A stretch of 64,000 nucleotides of DNA from an uncultured Chloroflexia bacterium (GTDB taxonomy: Bacteria > Chloroflexota > Limnocylindria > Limnocylindrales > CSP1-4), in NCBI GenBank assembly GCA_963707215.1, contig CAVPPB010000002.1, positions 415,491-479,490 on the forward strand, given 5' to 3'. The translations under genes and the position numbers were made by a program. Below the pieces are notes generated by a model. It was not told where the DNA came from and did not search any database. It saw only the letters and a program-made list of their open reading frames with translations. This document shows positions 51,464-63,469 of this stretch, piece by piece (position 1 is the first letter of the stretch; the number at the start of each line of letters is the position of its first letter).

Positions 51464-51934
51464 TCAGCCCCGGGAGCCCACCTCGAGCGCGTCGCCCTCG
51501 AAACCGATGACCGCCTCGCGCCACTCGTCGGGAATCGGCGTGGGTCGGCGCGAGACGTGGTCGACCATGACGACCGTCATCCGGGCCCGGCACATGACCC
51601 GGTCGTCGGCGACCCGGCGGACCTCGGCCTCGCTCGTCGCGCTCGTCCTGCCCAGCCGCGAGGTCCGGATGAAGATCTCCAGGAGGTCGTCCCAGACGGC
51701 CGGGGCCTCGTACTCGACCTCGACCGAGCGCATGACGAACTCGCGCTCGCCCTTCCAGCGACCCAGCAGGCCCAGGTGCCGCAGGTACTCGTGGCGGGCG
51801 TGGTCCAGGTAGGGGAGGTAGCGGCCGTAGTAGACGACACCCTGGGCGTCGGTGTCGCTGAACCAGACCCGGGCCAGCGCCGAGTAGCGGAAGGGCGGGC
51901 AGCGGTCGGTCAGCCGGCCGGTCTCGAGCTCCAT
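51464..51934 (-). CDS. Acyl-CoA thioesterase (4HBT/YbgC family)
   Basis: RV.FSDTDAQGVVYYG.Y..Y...AR, Y..PA..DD, LGRTS. Confidence 0.88.
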   Translation of the reverse strand: MELETGRLTDRCPPFRYSALARVWFSDTDAQGVVYYGRYLPYLDHARHEYLRHLGLLGRWKGEREFVMRSVEVEYEAPAVWDDLLEIFIRTSRLGRTSATSEAEVRRVADDRVMCRARMTVVMVDHVSRRPTPIPDEWREAVIGFEGDALEVGSRG

Positions 51935-52053
51935 GGCGGCCAGCGTAGCGGAGCGGCGAGGGTCGGCGTAGCCGAGCGGCGACGGGCCGGCGCGGCCATC
52001 GATCCGCCCTTCGGCACTTGTGGGGCCGTGGTGCCGCCGGGCACCGTACGGGC

Positions 52054-52269
52054 ATGCCGCTGGAGGATCCCGCTCATCCGGTCCTGGACGAGCGGTTCGG
52101 TCACTGGCTCGTCTGGCTCGTGCTCGACGTCCTCGCCTTCGTCGTCGTCCTGGGCGCCGCCTTCGGGGCGCTCGCCGTGGCCCTGACGCTCGTGCTCGAG
52201 CCGATCCTGCAGCCCGTTCCCGGGCGCCCCCGCCTGGTCCTCGCCGAGGTGGCGGTACGGCACCCCTGA
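52054..52269 (+). CDS. Small membrane protein
   Basis: 71 aa with one long hydrophobic stretch. Confidence 0.5.
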   Translation: MPLEDPAHPVLDERFGHWLVWLVLDVLAFVVVLGAAFGALAVALTLVLEPILQPVPGRPRLVLAEVAVRHP

Positions 52270-52293
52270 CCGGGGCCTGATCGGGGCCCGACG

Positions 52294-52665
52294 TCAGGCG
52301 GTCGCCGTCCCCCGGCGTGCCCGAGCGGTCAGCGCTTCGCCGAGCCCGATGGCCACCAGCCCCACCAGCAGATGGGCGATCTCCACGACGACGTGGCCGT
52401 CGCCGGGCAGGATCTGGTCCTGGGTCAGCCCGAAGGCGACGGTCAGCAGGCCCCAGCCGATGGCGATGGCGACGAGCGAGGTGGAGGCACCGGCCCGCGC
52501 GGCCAGCAGGGCGACCGCCCAGAGGCCCACGACCAGGACGATCCCGGCCAGCATGTGGATCGGCGTCGCGACCGGGTAGGCGTCGGTCCAGACGATCAAC
52601 CCCAGGACGAGGACGACGAGGCCGGAGACCCGGACGGTCCAGCCGGCGGCGGTCAGCAGGTTCAT
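52294..52665 (-). CDS. Four-TM membrane protein with conserved-looking His residues
   Basis: RBS AAGGAG; IHML.G and AHLLVG helices. Confidence 0.75.
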   Translation of the reverse strand: MNLLTAAGWTVRVSGLVVLVLGLIVWTDAYPVATPIHMLAGIVLVVGLWAVALLAARAGASTSLVAIAIGWGLLTVAFGLTQDQILPGDGHVVVEIAHLLVGLVAIGLGEALTARARRGTATA

Positions 52666-52750
52666 GCACGCTCCTTTCGGGGCTCGATCGTAGCCGAGCG
52701 ACCGAGGCGTGGGCTGTCGGTGTCCCGGCCGGCGGCGCTACGCTTGGGGC

Positions 52751-53311
52751 ATGCGCGAGCTGCGGATCGGCGAGGCGACCCTGGCCCTCGTGCAGGGCGA
52801 CATCACGCGAGTCCCGGCGGATGCCATCGTCAACGCGGCCAACGAGGGGCTGCGTGGCGGCGGCGGCGTGGACGGGGCGATCCACCGGGCCGGTGGTCCG
52901 GCCGTCATGGCGGACCTGGAGGCGCGGTACGGCCCGATCGGCATACGCCACTGCCCGACCGGCTCGGCGGTCGTGACGGCCGCCGGTTACCTGCCCGCGA
53001 CCTGGGTCATCCACGCCGTCGGTCCCGTCTGGCACGGCGGCCGGTCGGGCGAGGCGTCCGACCTGGCGGCCGCCTATCGGACCGCGATGGGTCTTGCGGC
53101 GTCGGCCGGCGCCCGGACCGTGACCCTCCCGGCCATCAGCTCCGGCGTCTACGGCTACCCGGTCGACCAGGCGGCCAGGGTCGCGATCCGGGCCGTCGCC
53201 GGGGCGCTCGCGGAGGACACGCCTGTCGAGCGGGCGACGTTCGTGCTCTTCTCGGCGGACTCGCTGGCCGCCTTCGAGGCGGCGCTGGACGAGGTGGCGG
53301 CGGGGCGCTGA
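52751..53311 (+). CDS. Macro-domain O-acetyl-ADP-ribose deacetylase (YmdB-like)
   Basis: GDIT...DAIVNAAN..L.GGGGVDGAIHRAGG, VIHAVGPVW, PAISSGVYGYP. Confidence 0.93.
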   Translation: MRELRIGEATLALVQGDITRVPADAIVNAANEGLRGGGGVDGAIHRAGGPAVMADLEARYGPIGIRHCPTGSAVVTAAGYLPATWVIHAVGPVWHGGRSGEASDLAAAYRTAMGLAASAGARTVTLPAISSGVYGYPVDQAARVAIRAVAGALAEDTPVERATFVLFSADSLAAFEAALDEVAAGR

Positions 53312-53711
53312 GGCACCCCTGGTTGCCGACCGTTGCGCGCGGTCAACGCGAACATGGCGACGAACGGCTCTGGACGACACCGAACTGCAGTAGGACCTTC
53401 GTACCTCCATTGACCGGGACCTATGGCCCGGTCAGACTCGTCGGTCCACTGGTCGCGCCCGGCGGGGGCCACGTCGCGCGACCAATAGGGGAGTGGAGAA
53501 CAGGTCGCGCGTGCCCAGGACGACCCATCGCCCCGGACATCCGCGCCCTCACGTATCGGGAGGTGAGCGCGCATGTCACAGGGTCCCACCCATCGCCGAG
53601 CGGCGGAGGCCGGGCGTTGACGCCTGCCCGCCGGCCCGGGCCCGATCGGGCGAGACCGGCCGCCAGCCGACACAGCAGCGTCCCACGTACTGAACCGGGA
53701 GGAAGTATCGG

Positions 53712-56700
53712 ATGACCCTCGGGATGGATCGCCCACGCGCGCGGCGCAGGTGGGCGGGCCTCATCGCCGTCGTCGCCATCATCACGGCGCTGGCGGCCGG
53801 AGCCGTGCTCGCCGTCCACGACGTCGGCGAGTTCGAGCTCGACAAGAACGCCAGCAACAACACGAACGTCACCAAGCTCGGCGACCTCGGCGCCAACGTC
53901 AACGCCACGGCGACCTCGATCAACGTCTGTCGGACCGCGACGAGCGAGCCGAGTACCGACTTCACGATCCTCATCCGCTGCGAGCGGATGCTCGGTCGAC
54001 GTGCCGAGCCGTCAACGGCAACTTCGGCGGCAACTGCGGTGGCACCAAGCGGACCTACACGGTCACCCGCGGCTTCGACGGCACGACCGCGATCGCCCAG
54101 GCCAAGGGCGGCGTCGACGGGATCGTCAGCCTCATCGAGACCGCGACCGAAGGAACGGGCCCGACTGGGACCAGGTCTATGCCGCGATCATGAGCGGGGA
54201 TGACAAGTGCGCCACCGTCCCTGACCTCGTCGAGTGCTCGTACGTCAATGACGGCATCGGCCCGTCGACGTTCATCGGCGGGGCCTCCAAGGACCACCTG
54301 CCGATCGACGGCTGGCAGCACACCAGCGGCGCCTCGCCCGACAAGGCCGAGATCCTCAACGCCTATGCCGCCAAGGCCATCGACGAGAACGATGACGAGA
54401 TCCTCTACTTCGGGATGGACCGCTACGCCGTCGACGGCTCGACCGACATCGGCTTCTGGTTCTTCCGCGGTCCGGTCGTCGCCAACCCCGACGGGACCTT
54501 CACCGGCGAGCACCAGGGGACGCTCGACTCGAGTCCGGCCGACAACGACATCCTCGCCCTCGCCACCTTCACCCAGGGCGGCGCGGCGACGAACATCCGG
54601 GTCTTCCGCTGGGTCGGCGCCGGCGGCAACGAGTCGGGCACGATCAACGGCCCCGACGCCGGCGCCGGCGACTGCGTCCAGGACCCGCCGCTGACCGACG
54701 ACCCGCTTTGTGGGACCGTCAACGACACGACGATCGAGGTGCCCTGGGAGTACCAGTTCAAGGGCGCCGCGACCGGCAACTGGGTCCCCGCCGGCGGCTT
54801 CTTCGAGGGCGGCATCAACCTGACCGAGCTCGGCCTCGAAGGCTGCTTCAGCAGCTTCCTCGCCGAGACCCGCTCGTCGCCCGAGATCACCGCCATCCTC
54901 AAGGACTTCACCCTCGGTGACTTCGAGTCCTGCGACACCGAGCTGACCACGACCCCCAAGACCGGGGCCGGCGGCGGGCTGACCGCCGACAGCGACAACG
55001 ACGCCCTCGAGGAGATCTCGACCGGGACCGGCTCGGTCCAGGTCAAGGACTCGGCCGTCCTCGACGTCAAGGGCATCGCCTCCTTCACCGGCACCCTGTC
55101 CTTCTACCTCTGTGGCCCGATCCCCAACGGTGCCTGCGACGAGAACGGCGTCCCTGCCGGCTCGTCCACGGTGACGACGAACGACACCTACCTCTCGGAT
55201 GCGATGACCGTGACCTCGGTCGGGCGCTACTGCTGGTACGCCTTCTTCGACTCGACGACCGAGGGTGTCCCCGACGCCTCCGACGGCACCACCGAGACCC
55301 TTGGCCCGCCCAAGAGCACCGGCGAGTGCTTCGAGGTCACCCCGGTCACGCCGACGCTATCGACGACGGCCGGCCCGACGGTCAAGGTCGGCTCGGCCGT
55401 GACCGACACGGCCACCTTGGGCGGCACCGCCACCCAGCCCGGCACCGACGGGCCCAACGCCACCTACCCGACCATCAACGCCACCAACGGCGCGGCCGCC
55501 GGCGGTTCGATCACCTTCACGCTCCGGAACGACAGCTGTGTGGCGATTGACGCCAGCGAAACGGCCAGGGCCGTGTCCGGTGACGGGACGTACCCCACGG
55601 TCTCGCAGGATCCGGTGAGCTACACACCGGCCTCGACTGGCACCTACCACTGGGTGGCTTCGTACAGCGGCAGCTCGCCGAACACCAGCGGGAAGTCGCA
55701 CAACACCGACTGCTCCGATGCATCGGAGACGGTCAAGGTCGTCGACGCCCAGATCAGCATCGCGACCGACGCGGTCAACAAGGTCGGTGACGAGCACACC
55801 TTCACCGTGACGGTCAAGGCCGACTACGGTGACGGCTCGGGCTTCGTCCCGGTCCAGGGCGTCGACGTCCTCGCCGTCCTCGACGGGACCTCCACGGCCG
55901 GCTCGATCACCGGCGGCACCTGCGACAACACCGGTGGCGACACCGACGCTGCCGGGCAGTGCACGGTCGTCGTCGACTCCGACGCGACCGGCATCGCCTA
56001 CGTCAATGCCTCGGCCAACGTCCCGATCACCGGCCTTGCCGGTGGCATCGACGTGGCCACCAACGGCTACGGCGTCCTCACCAACGAGAACAGCAAGACC
56101 TGGGCCGACGCCCAGATCAGCATCGCGACCGACGCGGTCAACAAGGTCGGTGACGAGCACACCTTCACCGTGACGGTCAAGGCCGACTACGGTGACGGCT
56201 CGGGCTTCGTCCCGGTCCAGGGCGTCGACGTCCTCGCCGTCCTCGACGGGACCTCCACGGCCGGCTCGATCACCGGCGGCACCTGCGACAACACCGGGGC
56301 GACACCGACGCTGCCGGGCAGTGCACGGTCGTCGTCGACTCCGACGCGACCGGCATCGCCTACGTCAACGCCTCGGCCAACGTCCCGATCACCGGCCTTG
56401 CCGGTGGCATCGACGTGGCCACCAACGGCTACGGCGTCCTCACCAACGAGAACAGCAAGACCTGGGCCGACGCCCAGATCAGCATCGCGACCGACGCGGT
56501 CAACAAGGTCGGTGACGAGCACACCTTCACCGTGACGGTCAAGGCCGACTACGGTGACGGCTCGGGCTTCGTCCCGGTCCAGGGCGTCGACGTCCTCGCC
56601 GTCCTCGACGGGACCTCCACGGCCGGCTCGATCACCGGCGGCACCTGCGACAACACCGGTGGCGCACCGACGCTGCCGGGCAGTGCACGGTGGTCGTCGA

Positions 56701-58116
56701 CTCCGACGCGACCGGCATCGCCTACGTCAATGCCTCGGCCACCGTCCCGATCACCGGCCTCGCCGTGGGCATCGACGTGGCCACCAACGGCTACGGCGTC
56801 CTCACCAACGAGAACAGCAAGACCTGGGCCGACGCCCAGATCAGCATCGCGACCGACGCGGTCAACAAGGTCGGTGACCAGCACACCTTCACCGTGACGG
56901 TCAAGGCCGACTACGGTGACGGCTCGGGCTTCGTCCCGGCCGGGCGTCGACGTCCACGCCGTCCTCGACGGGTCACGGCCGGCTCGATCACCGGCGGCAC
57001 CTGCGACAACACCGGTCGCGACACCGACGCGGCCGGCCAGTGCACGGTGATCGTCGACTCCGACGCGACCGGCATCGCCTACGTCAATGCCTCGGCCAAC
57101 GTCCCGTCACCGGCCCTGCCGGCGGCATCGACGTCGCGACGAACGGCTACGGCGTCCTCACCAACGAGAACAGGAAGACCTGGGCCGACGCCCAGATCAG
57201 CATCGCGACGAGCGAGTTGAACGGGATCACGGAGGAGCACACGTTCACCGTGACGGTCAAGGCCGACTACGGTGACGGCTCGGGCTTCGTCCCGGTCCAG
57301 GGCGTCGACGTCCTCGCCGTCCTCGACGGGACCTCCACGGCCGGCTCGATCACCGGCGGCACCTGCGACAACACCGGTGGCGACACCGACGCTGCCGGGC
57401 AGTGCACGGTCGTGGTCTACTCGGTCACCGCAGGTCAAGCCATCGTCAATGCCTCGGCCAACGTCCCGATCACCGGCCTTGCCGGTGGCATCGACGTGGC
57501 CACCAACGGCTACGGCAACGGCCTCGTCCTCAACGTGAAGACGTGGATCGACGGTTCTCTGGCCTGGACCAAGATCGATTCCACCAGCGGCGAGTTTCTT
57601 GGCGGGACGACCTTCGAGGTCTGCCGCGTCGAAGATCGCTTCGGAACTGACATCGACGACGAGTGCCAGTCCGTCACCGACGGCTCGGCTCCAGACGTCG
57701 ACGGCGATGACGGCAAGTTCCTGCTCGAGGACCTGCTCCTCGGCAAGTGGACGATCCGTGAGACCGCGGCGCCTCCCGGCTACGCATTCGACGATGAGTA
57801 CACGCAGGAAGTCGACTTGACCCTGCTGAGCCCGGACGGCTCTGCGGAGTTCGCGTTCGAGAACGAGCGGCTGTACAAGATCATCGTCTTCGTCTGCAAT
57901 GAATTGCTCCAGACCCTGGAGCCAAGCGACGTGACGCTCGACGGCGACAACGCCACCGTGACGGTCGGTGATGTCCCGGCGGCGCTCGCGAACCTCGGTG
58001 TCACCGAGGCGGACATCTGCGGTCTCGAGCCCGAGCCCGGCGACGGCGGTGCCGTCTACGGTGGTCTCGAGCAGGGCACCTACGCCGCCTCCATCACTAT
58101 CCCTCGAGTCCAGTAG
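53712..58116 (+). CDS. Giant secreted repeat protein 1 (multiple frameshifts); five ~121-aa repeats and a SpaA/prealbumin-like domain
   Basis: Signal peptide ..VLA|VHDVGEFELD; repeats DAQISIATDAVNKVGDEHTFTVTV...; KID....LGGTTF...W.IRETAAPPGY. Confidence 0.78.
55744..57515 (+). repeat. Five near-identical ~363-bp intragenic tandem repeats
   Basis: GACGCCCAGATCAGCATCGCGAC at 55744, 56107, 56469, 56831 and 57187. Confidence 0.92.
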
Positions 58117-58140
58117 GGGCGGAACCCGTCGCCTCGCGCC

Positions 58141-58173
58141 AAGAGGCCCCGGCTCGCCGAGCCGGGGCCTCTT
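58141..58173. terminator. Bidirectional terminator
   Basis: AAGAGGCCCCGGCTC-gcc-GAGCCGGGGCCTCTT between convergent genes. Confidence 0.82.
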
Positions 58174-58203
58174 CTGTTGTCGCGATTCCTGCAGCCGCGT
58201 TCG

Positions 58204-58723
58204 TTAGGGCGCCACCATCAGGTCGAGTGTTGCCAGCAGCTTCTGAATTGCCGCGCTTGTCGTATGCTGGTACAGACGTGCGGTGCAGTTCGCTTCTGCT
58301 CCATCAACCCAGTACGTCGAGTCGAGCGTGAACGAGGGGTCGACAAGTAGCTCCCGAAGGTCCCGATTGACAAGCTGCAGACGCATTCGTCCCTGCCAGC
58401 ACCAGAGGCTGACGAAGGGCCAGTCCGTCGCCGAGGTCGTGACCTCGAACGTGAGGCGCTCGCCGTGGTTGGCGACCTGGTCGGAACCGTCGAGCAGACG
58501 GTGGCGTCAGGTGCCCGTCTGCTTGCCGCTCCCTTGCCGCCCCCTTGCCGCCGTTCCCTCCCTTGCCGGCGAACGCCGTGCCCGCGATGAGGCCGACCGT
58601 CAGCAGGGCGATGATCGTGCCCTCGGCGACGACCTCGAGGGCGTGACGCCGGCGACTCGGTCGAGCCTTCGGCGGTGGCGCGGCATCCTCGCGCTCCCAG
58701 TGCGTGCCATCCCAGTAGGACAT
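58204..58723 (-). CDS. Small secreted/membrane-anchored protein under the c-di-GMP riboswitch (frameshifted)
   Basis: RBS GGGGAGG; MSYWDGTHW...AEGTIIALLTVGLIAGTAFA|GKGGNG; C-terminus FTL.STYW..GA.A.C.A.L...LLAT..V in another frame. Confidence 0.65.
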
Positions 58724-58728
58724 GGCGT

Positions 58729-58822
58729 ACCTCCCCGGCAACCCGGCTGACTGGGAAGGCCATCGGCCGCCAGTCCCGTGGCTTTGCGTCCCCGCCTCGC
58801 GACGGGTTTGCCTTGATCGGAG
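58729..58822 (-). ncRNA. c-di-GMP-I (GEMM-I) riboswitch, translational type
   Basis: Minus strand AAGGCAAACCCGTC-GCGA-GGCGGGGACGCAAAGCCACGGG...GGGTTGCC directly followed by RBS GGGGAGG. Confidence 0.92.
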
Positions 58823-59501
58823 CGCCCCGCACCGATCCGGTCCGAGGCGTCGGCCAGGCCAGATCGACCTGTTCCGACGCATCCGAGGCTAGGCCCGCAG
58901 CGAACCCGGCGCCATGGGTCGGTGGGCAGGCCCGGGGGGCGCGTCGGTACCCCGACCGGACCGGGCCGCACCCTCGGCGAGGGCACCGGACCACCCTCAT
59001 GCGCTCGCGGATGACCGCTTGGCGAGCAGCGTCGATAGGGGCTGGTCCCAGGTCGAGGTTGCCTGGTGCGTCCTGGCAACGCCACGGGGTGGAACGTCGA
59101 CCGAGCGCTGACGACGGTCGGCGCCGGATGTCCCTTGACCAAGGGCCCGGGACAGGACCAGACTCCACCCCACTGACGCCCCGGCGGGGGCCACGGCGTC
59201 GCGTCAGCGTGTTTCAGGAGGCCGTATCGAGACAGGCCCCGTCGCAACTGGCGGCGGGAGTGTCCGACCGGGGGAAGGTGAGGATCCGCTGGACATCCGA
59301 TGGCGGGGGCCATCGCACGTCGATCTCTCGGCATTCACGCGCCCGTCGGAAGGCGCTGTACGGCTCGGCCATCTGGCCGGGCCGCTTTCGATTCGCCGGT
59401 CCCCGAGACCGGGCGTGGAGCCCCGTGTCCCCCGAACGCGGGGCTCCCGCCGCTCTCGGCTCGTATCGGGAATGACGCTCGAGTAGCCAGGGAGGGCTGA
59501 T

Positions 59502-62500
59502 ATGACCGAGCGATCAACGTCAACCGGTGGCACCCGATTGGTGTCGCCGGGCGAGCTCCTTCAGGAGCTCGAAACCAGAACAGCCGTCCCGAAGCGCGCA
59601 AGGGCGCGGCGGGCCGCGTCGTCTCGCCGCTTCGGGCTTGCGGGCGGCCTTCGGCGCCGCCATGCTGATGTCGGGCTCGTGCCGGGCGTGTTCGGCACGA
59701 CCGTGATCAGCATGACGACCGCTGGAGCGACCGCGGACCAAACGGAGCCATCTTCCAGCAGGGTCCGTTGCCCACCTCGGCCGGCACCGGCGTGCTCGAT
59801 CCGTTCCTTCGGATCAGCGCAATCTGGATGAGGTGAAGGGCTACAACACTGACTACCGGCCGCTGCAGTACCAGGAAGACAGTCCCTGGACGGAGTCGCT
59901 CCTCCTGAGCACCGTTCCGACGATCGAGTACAACGGGGGCCTCTATCGAGTCTTTCTCCTGGACATCAACCAGGTGAACAGCGTCCCGGCTGTCGCTGGA
60001 CGAGCTCCGCTCTTCCTTGCGAACAGCCCCACGCTCACCAACTTCGATCCGGCGGCGAACACGTTCGGGGGCGTCCCATACACGCCGGTACTGGGAGTTG
60101 GGCGATGCGTGGATCCACCTGAACCGCGCTCGAGGCAGGCTCCGGCGACTCCGACATGTCCATGCTCGTTCCGAGTCGGTCTTCGCTGGTGCTGAGAACT
60201 GCGACTACGGGCAGGCCGGATGCACCACCTGGTTGTACATGTACAACCACTTCGGCATCCAATACCCGAACAACGACGGCTTCGAGGAATGGGCCACGCA
60301 GGTCCTGCCGTTCGTCCAGGTCGAGAAGACGGCCGAAGGCACCTTCGACCGCGAGTACGACTGGGACATCACCAAGGACTTCGACGGCACGTACTCGAAG
60401 TTCATCGGCGATTCGGCGACCAGCCACGGCTACGAGGTCTCCGTCGACCTGACGACGACCGACTCGAACGCCGAGGTCACCGGCGAGATCACCCTCACTG
60501 TCCCTGACAAGCTCCCGGACGGCGAGAAGAACGCGCCGGATGCCGTCGTTACGAGTATCGAGGACGTCTTCGACGTCGGGCCGACGACCGGGACGGTCAC
60601 GTGTCCGGACCTGTTCCCGTTCACGGTCCAGGCGGGCGATCCCGTCGTCTGCACCTACAGCCTGACACCGCCGACGGCGACCCCTGGGACGAACACGGTG
60701 TCGTGTCGAGAATCGAGGACAACCCGACGCCGTTCGAGGCCACGGCCGACGTGACCACGTGCACGGAGAACTCGATCGGCTACACCTCGATCAACGTCAC
60801 CGACACGAATGGGCAGGCGTGGGGTCCGGTCTCAGGTGACACCACCTGGACCTACAACAAGGACTTCACCTGCTCGTCGAACCGGCCGACTACACCGACG
60901 GCTATTACAGCTACTCGGTGACCAACACGGCCTCGATCGACGAGACCGGTGCGTCTGATACGGCCACCGTCACCGTCAACTGCTACGCCCCGGTGGTGAG
61001 CAAGACGGCCGACGGCGCGTTCGATCGGACCTACACCTGGACGATCGACAAGGAGTACGACGGCACGTACTCGAAGTTCATCGGCGATCCGGCGACGACC
61101 CACGACTACCTCGTGACCGTCGACAAGACGACCACCGACTCGAACTTCGAGGTCACCGGCTCGATCACCATCGAGAACCCGCACCCGACCGCCGCGATGT
61201 CGCTGACCTCGGTCACCGACGCGCTCTCCTCGGGTGAGACGGCGACCGTCGACTGCGGTGGGGCCACCTCGGTCCCGGCAGCCGACAGCCTCGTCTGCAC
61301 CTACTCGGCCGAGCCGGCCAATGCCGACCCCGGCACGAACCGGCCACGGTCGCGTTCAACGGGATCGACTTCCCGGCGACCGACGGCTACACCTTCAGCT
61401 TCACCGAGTACGGCTACCCGACGATCAACGTCACCGACGACATCGAAGGGTCGCTCGGCTCGGCGTCAGATGACGCCACGTTCCCGTACGACGCCGACTT
61501 CACCTGCTCGTCGAACCCGGCCGACTACACCGACGGCTATTACAGCTACTCGGTGACCAACACGGCCTCGATCGACGAGACCGGTGCGTCGATACGGCCA
61601 CCGTCACCGTCAACTGCTACGCCCCGGTGGTGAGCAAGACGGCCGACGGCGCGTTCGATCGGACCTACACCTGGACGATCGACAAGGAGTACGACGGCAC
61701 GTACTCGAAGTTCATCGGCGATCCGGCGACGACCCACGACTACCTCGTGACCGTCGACAAGACGACCACCGACTCGAACTTCGAGGTCACCGGCTCGATC
61801 ACCATCGAGAACCCGCACCCGACCGCCGCGATGTCGCTGACCTCGGTCACCGACGCGCTCTCCTCGGGTGAGACGGCGACCGTCGACTGCGGTGGGGCCA
61901 CCTCGGTCCCGGCAGCCGACAGCCTCGTCTGCACCTACTCGGCCGAGCCGGCCAATGCCGACCCCGGCACGAACACGGCCACGGTCGCGTTCAACGGGAT
62001 CGACTTCCCGGCGACCGACGGCTACACCTTCAGCTTCACCGAGTACGGCTACCCGACGATCAACGTCACCGACGACATCGAAGGGTCGCTCGGCTCGGCG
62101 TCAGATGACGCCACGTTCCCGTACGACGCCGACTTCACCTGCTCGTCGAACCCGGCCGACTACACCGACGGCTATTACAGCTACTCGGTGACCAACGCGG
62201 CCTCGATCGACGAGACCGGTGCGTCTGATACGGCCACCGTCACCGTCAACTGCTACGCCCCGGTGGTGAGCAAGACCGCTGACGGAACGTTCGACCGCGA
62301 TTGGACCTGGGAGATCGACAAGACGGGCGACCAGACGAACCTGGAGCTCGCCGTCGGCCAGCAGTTCCTCGTCAACTACTCGGTGACCGTGACGGCCACC
62401 AGCGCTGACTCGGACTACGAGGTCACCGGCAATATCTACGTCGAGAACCCGACCGGCTCGCCCGGCTCGATGGCCGTAGACGTCGCCGACAAGATCGGCA

Positions 62501-63389
62501 CGATTGATGCGGTCATCGACTGCGGCGGCGGACCCGGCGACACGACCCTGTCGGTCGCCACGGGCGTCACCGCCTATTGCACGTATTTCGTGGACTTCGG
62601 CGACACGATGCCGTCGGAGACGACGAACACGGCGACGGTCACCTTCAACAGCATCGACTTCACGGCGACGGACGACTTCGGCTTCTCGCTCGACGAGGAG
62701 ACCGATGAGTGCATCGACCTGACGGACAGCCAGTACGGCAACCTCGGGACGGTCTGCGCCGACGAGTCACCCAAGACCATCACCTACAGCATGTACGTGG
62801 GCCCGTACCCCGTCTGCGCGACGTACGAGTTCCGGAACATCGCCTCGTTCGTCACCAACGACACCGGGGCCACGGGACAGGACGACTGGATCGTCTACAT
62901 CGACATCCCGTGCGGTGGCTGCACCCTCACCCCGGGCTACTGGAAGACCCACAGCGAGTACGGCCCGGCGCCTATGACGACGCCTGGAGTCTGCTGGATG
63001 CCCTCGAGGGCTCAGGCGAGCCGCTCGTCTGGGCGCCCGACGGGAACAAGGACGGCGCAGACGAGTCTTGCCCCGAACACCGGGTTCAGCTGGTTCCAGG
63101 TCTTCTGGATGGCGCCCAAGGGCAACGTCTACTACCAGTTGGCCCACCACTACCAAGCCGCTGTGCTGAACGTCCTCAACGAGGCGTCGGCTCCGGCTGA
63201 GGTGACGGCTGCGATCGCGCATGCCGAAGAGCTCTTCGAGGAATGACGCCCGCGGAGATTGACGACCTCAAGGGCAACAATGGCCTGCGCAAGGACTTCC
63301 TTGCGACGATGTCCACGCTCGCCCAGTACAACGAGGGCTACATCGGCCCCGGCCACTGCGACGAGGACCAGACGTCAGCTGCCCACTGA
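59502..63389 (+). CDS. Giant secreted repeat protein 2 (multiple frameshifts); ~212-aa repeats
   Basis: RBS GGAGG; SAGTG.LDPFLRI...GYNTDYRP domain; repeats VSKTADGAFDRTYTWTIDK; C-terminal CTLTPGYWKTH...AAVLN...YNEG.IGPGHC. Confidence 0.75.
60862..62285 (+). repeat. ~636-bp intragenic tandem repeats (two full, one partial, plus diverged flanking units)
   Basis: GACTTCACCTGCTCGTCGAACC at 60862, 61496 and 62131. Confidence 0.9.
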
Positions 63390-63410
63390 GCCCTGGCTCT
63401 AGCCGAGCGC

Positions 63411-63443
63411 CGAAGGGCCGGCCCCCGAGGGGCCGGCCCTTCG
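63411..63443. terminator. Bidirectional terminator
   Basis: CGAAGGGCCGGCCCC-cga-GGGGCCGGCCCTTCG between convergent genes. Confidence 0.82.
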
Positions 63444-63469
63444 ATTTCTGCAGTGGACTCGACGATCCC

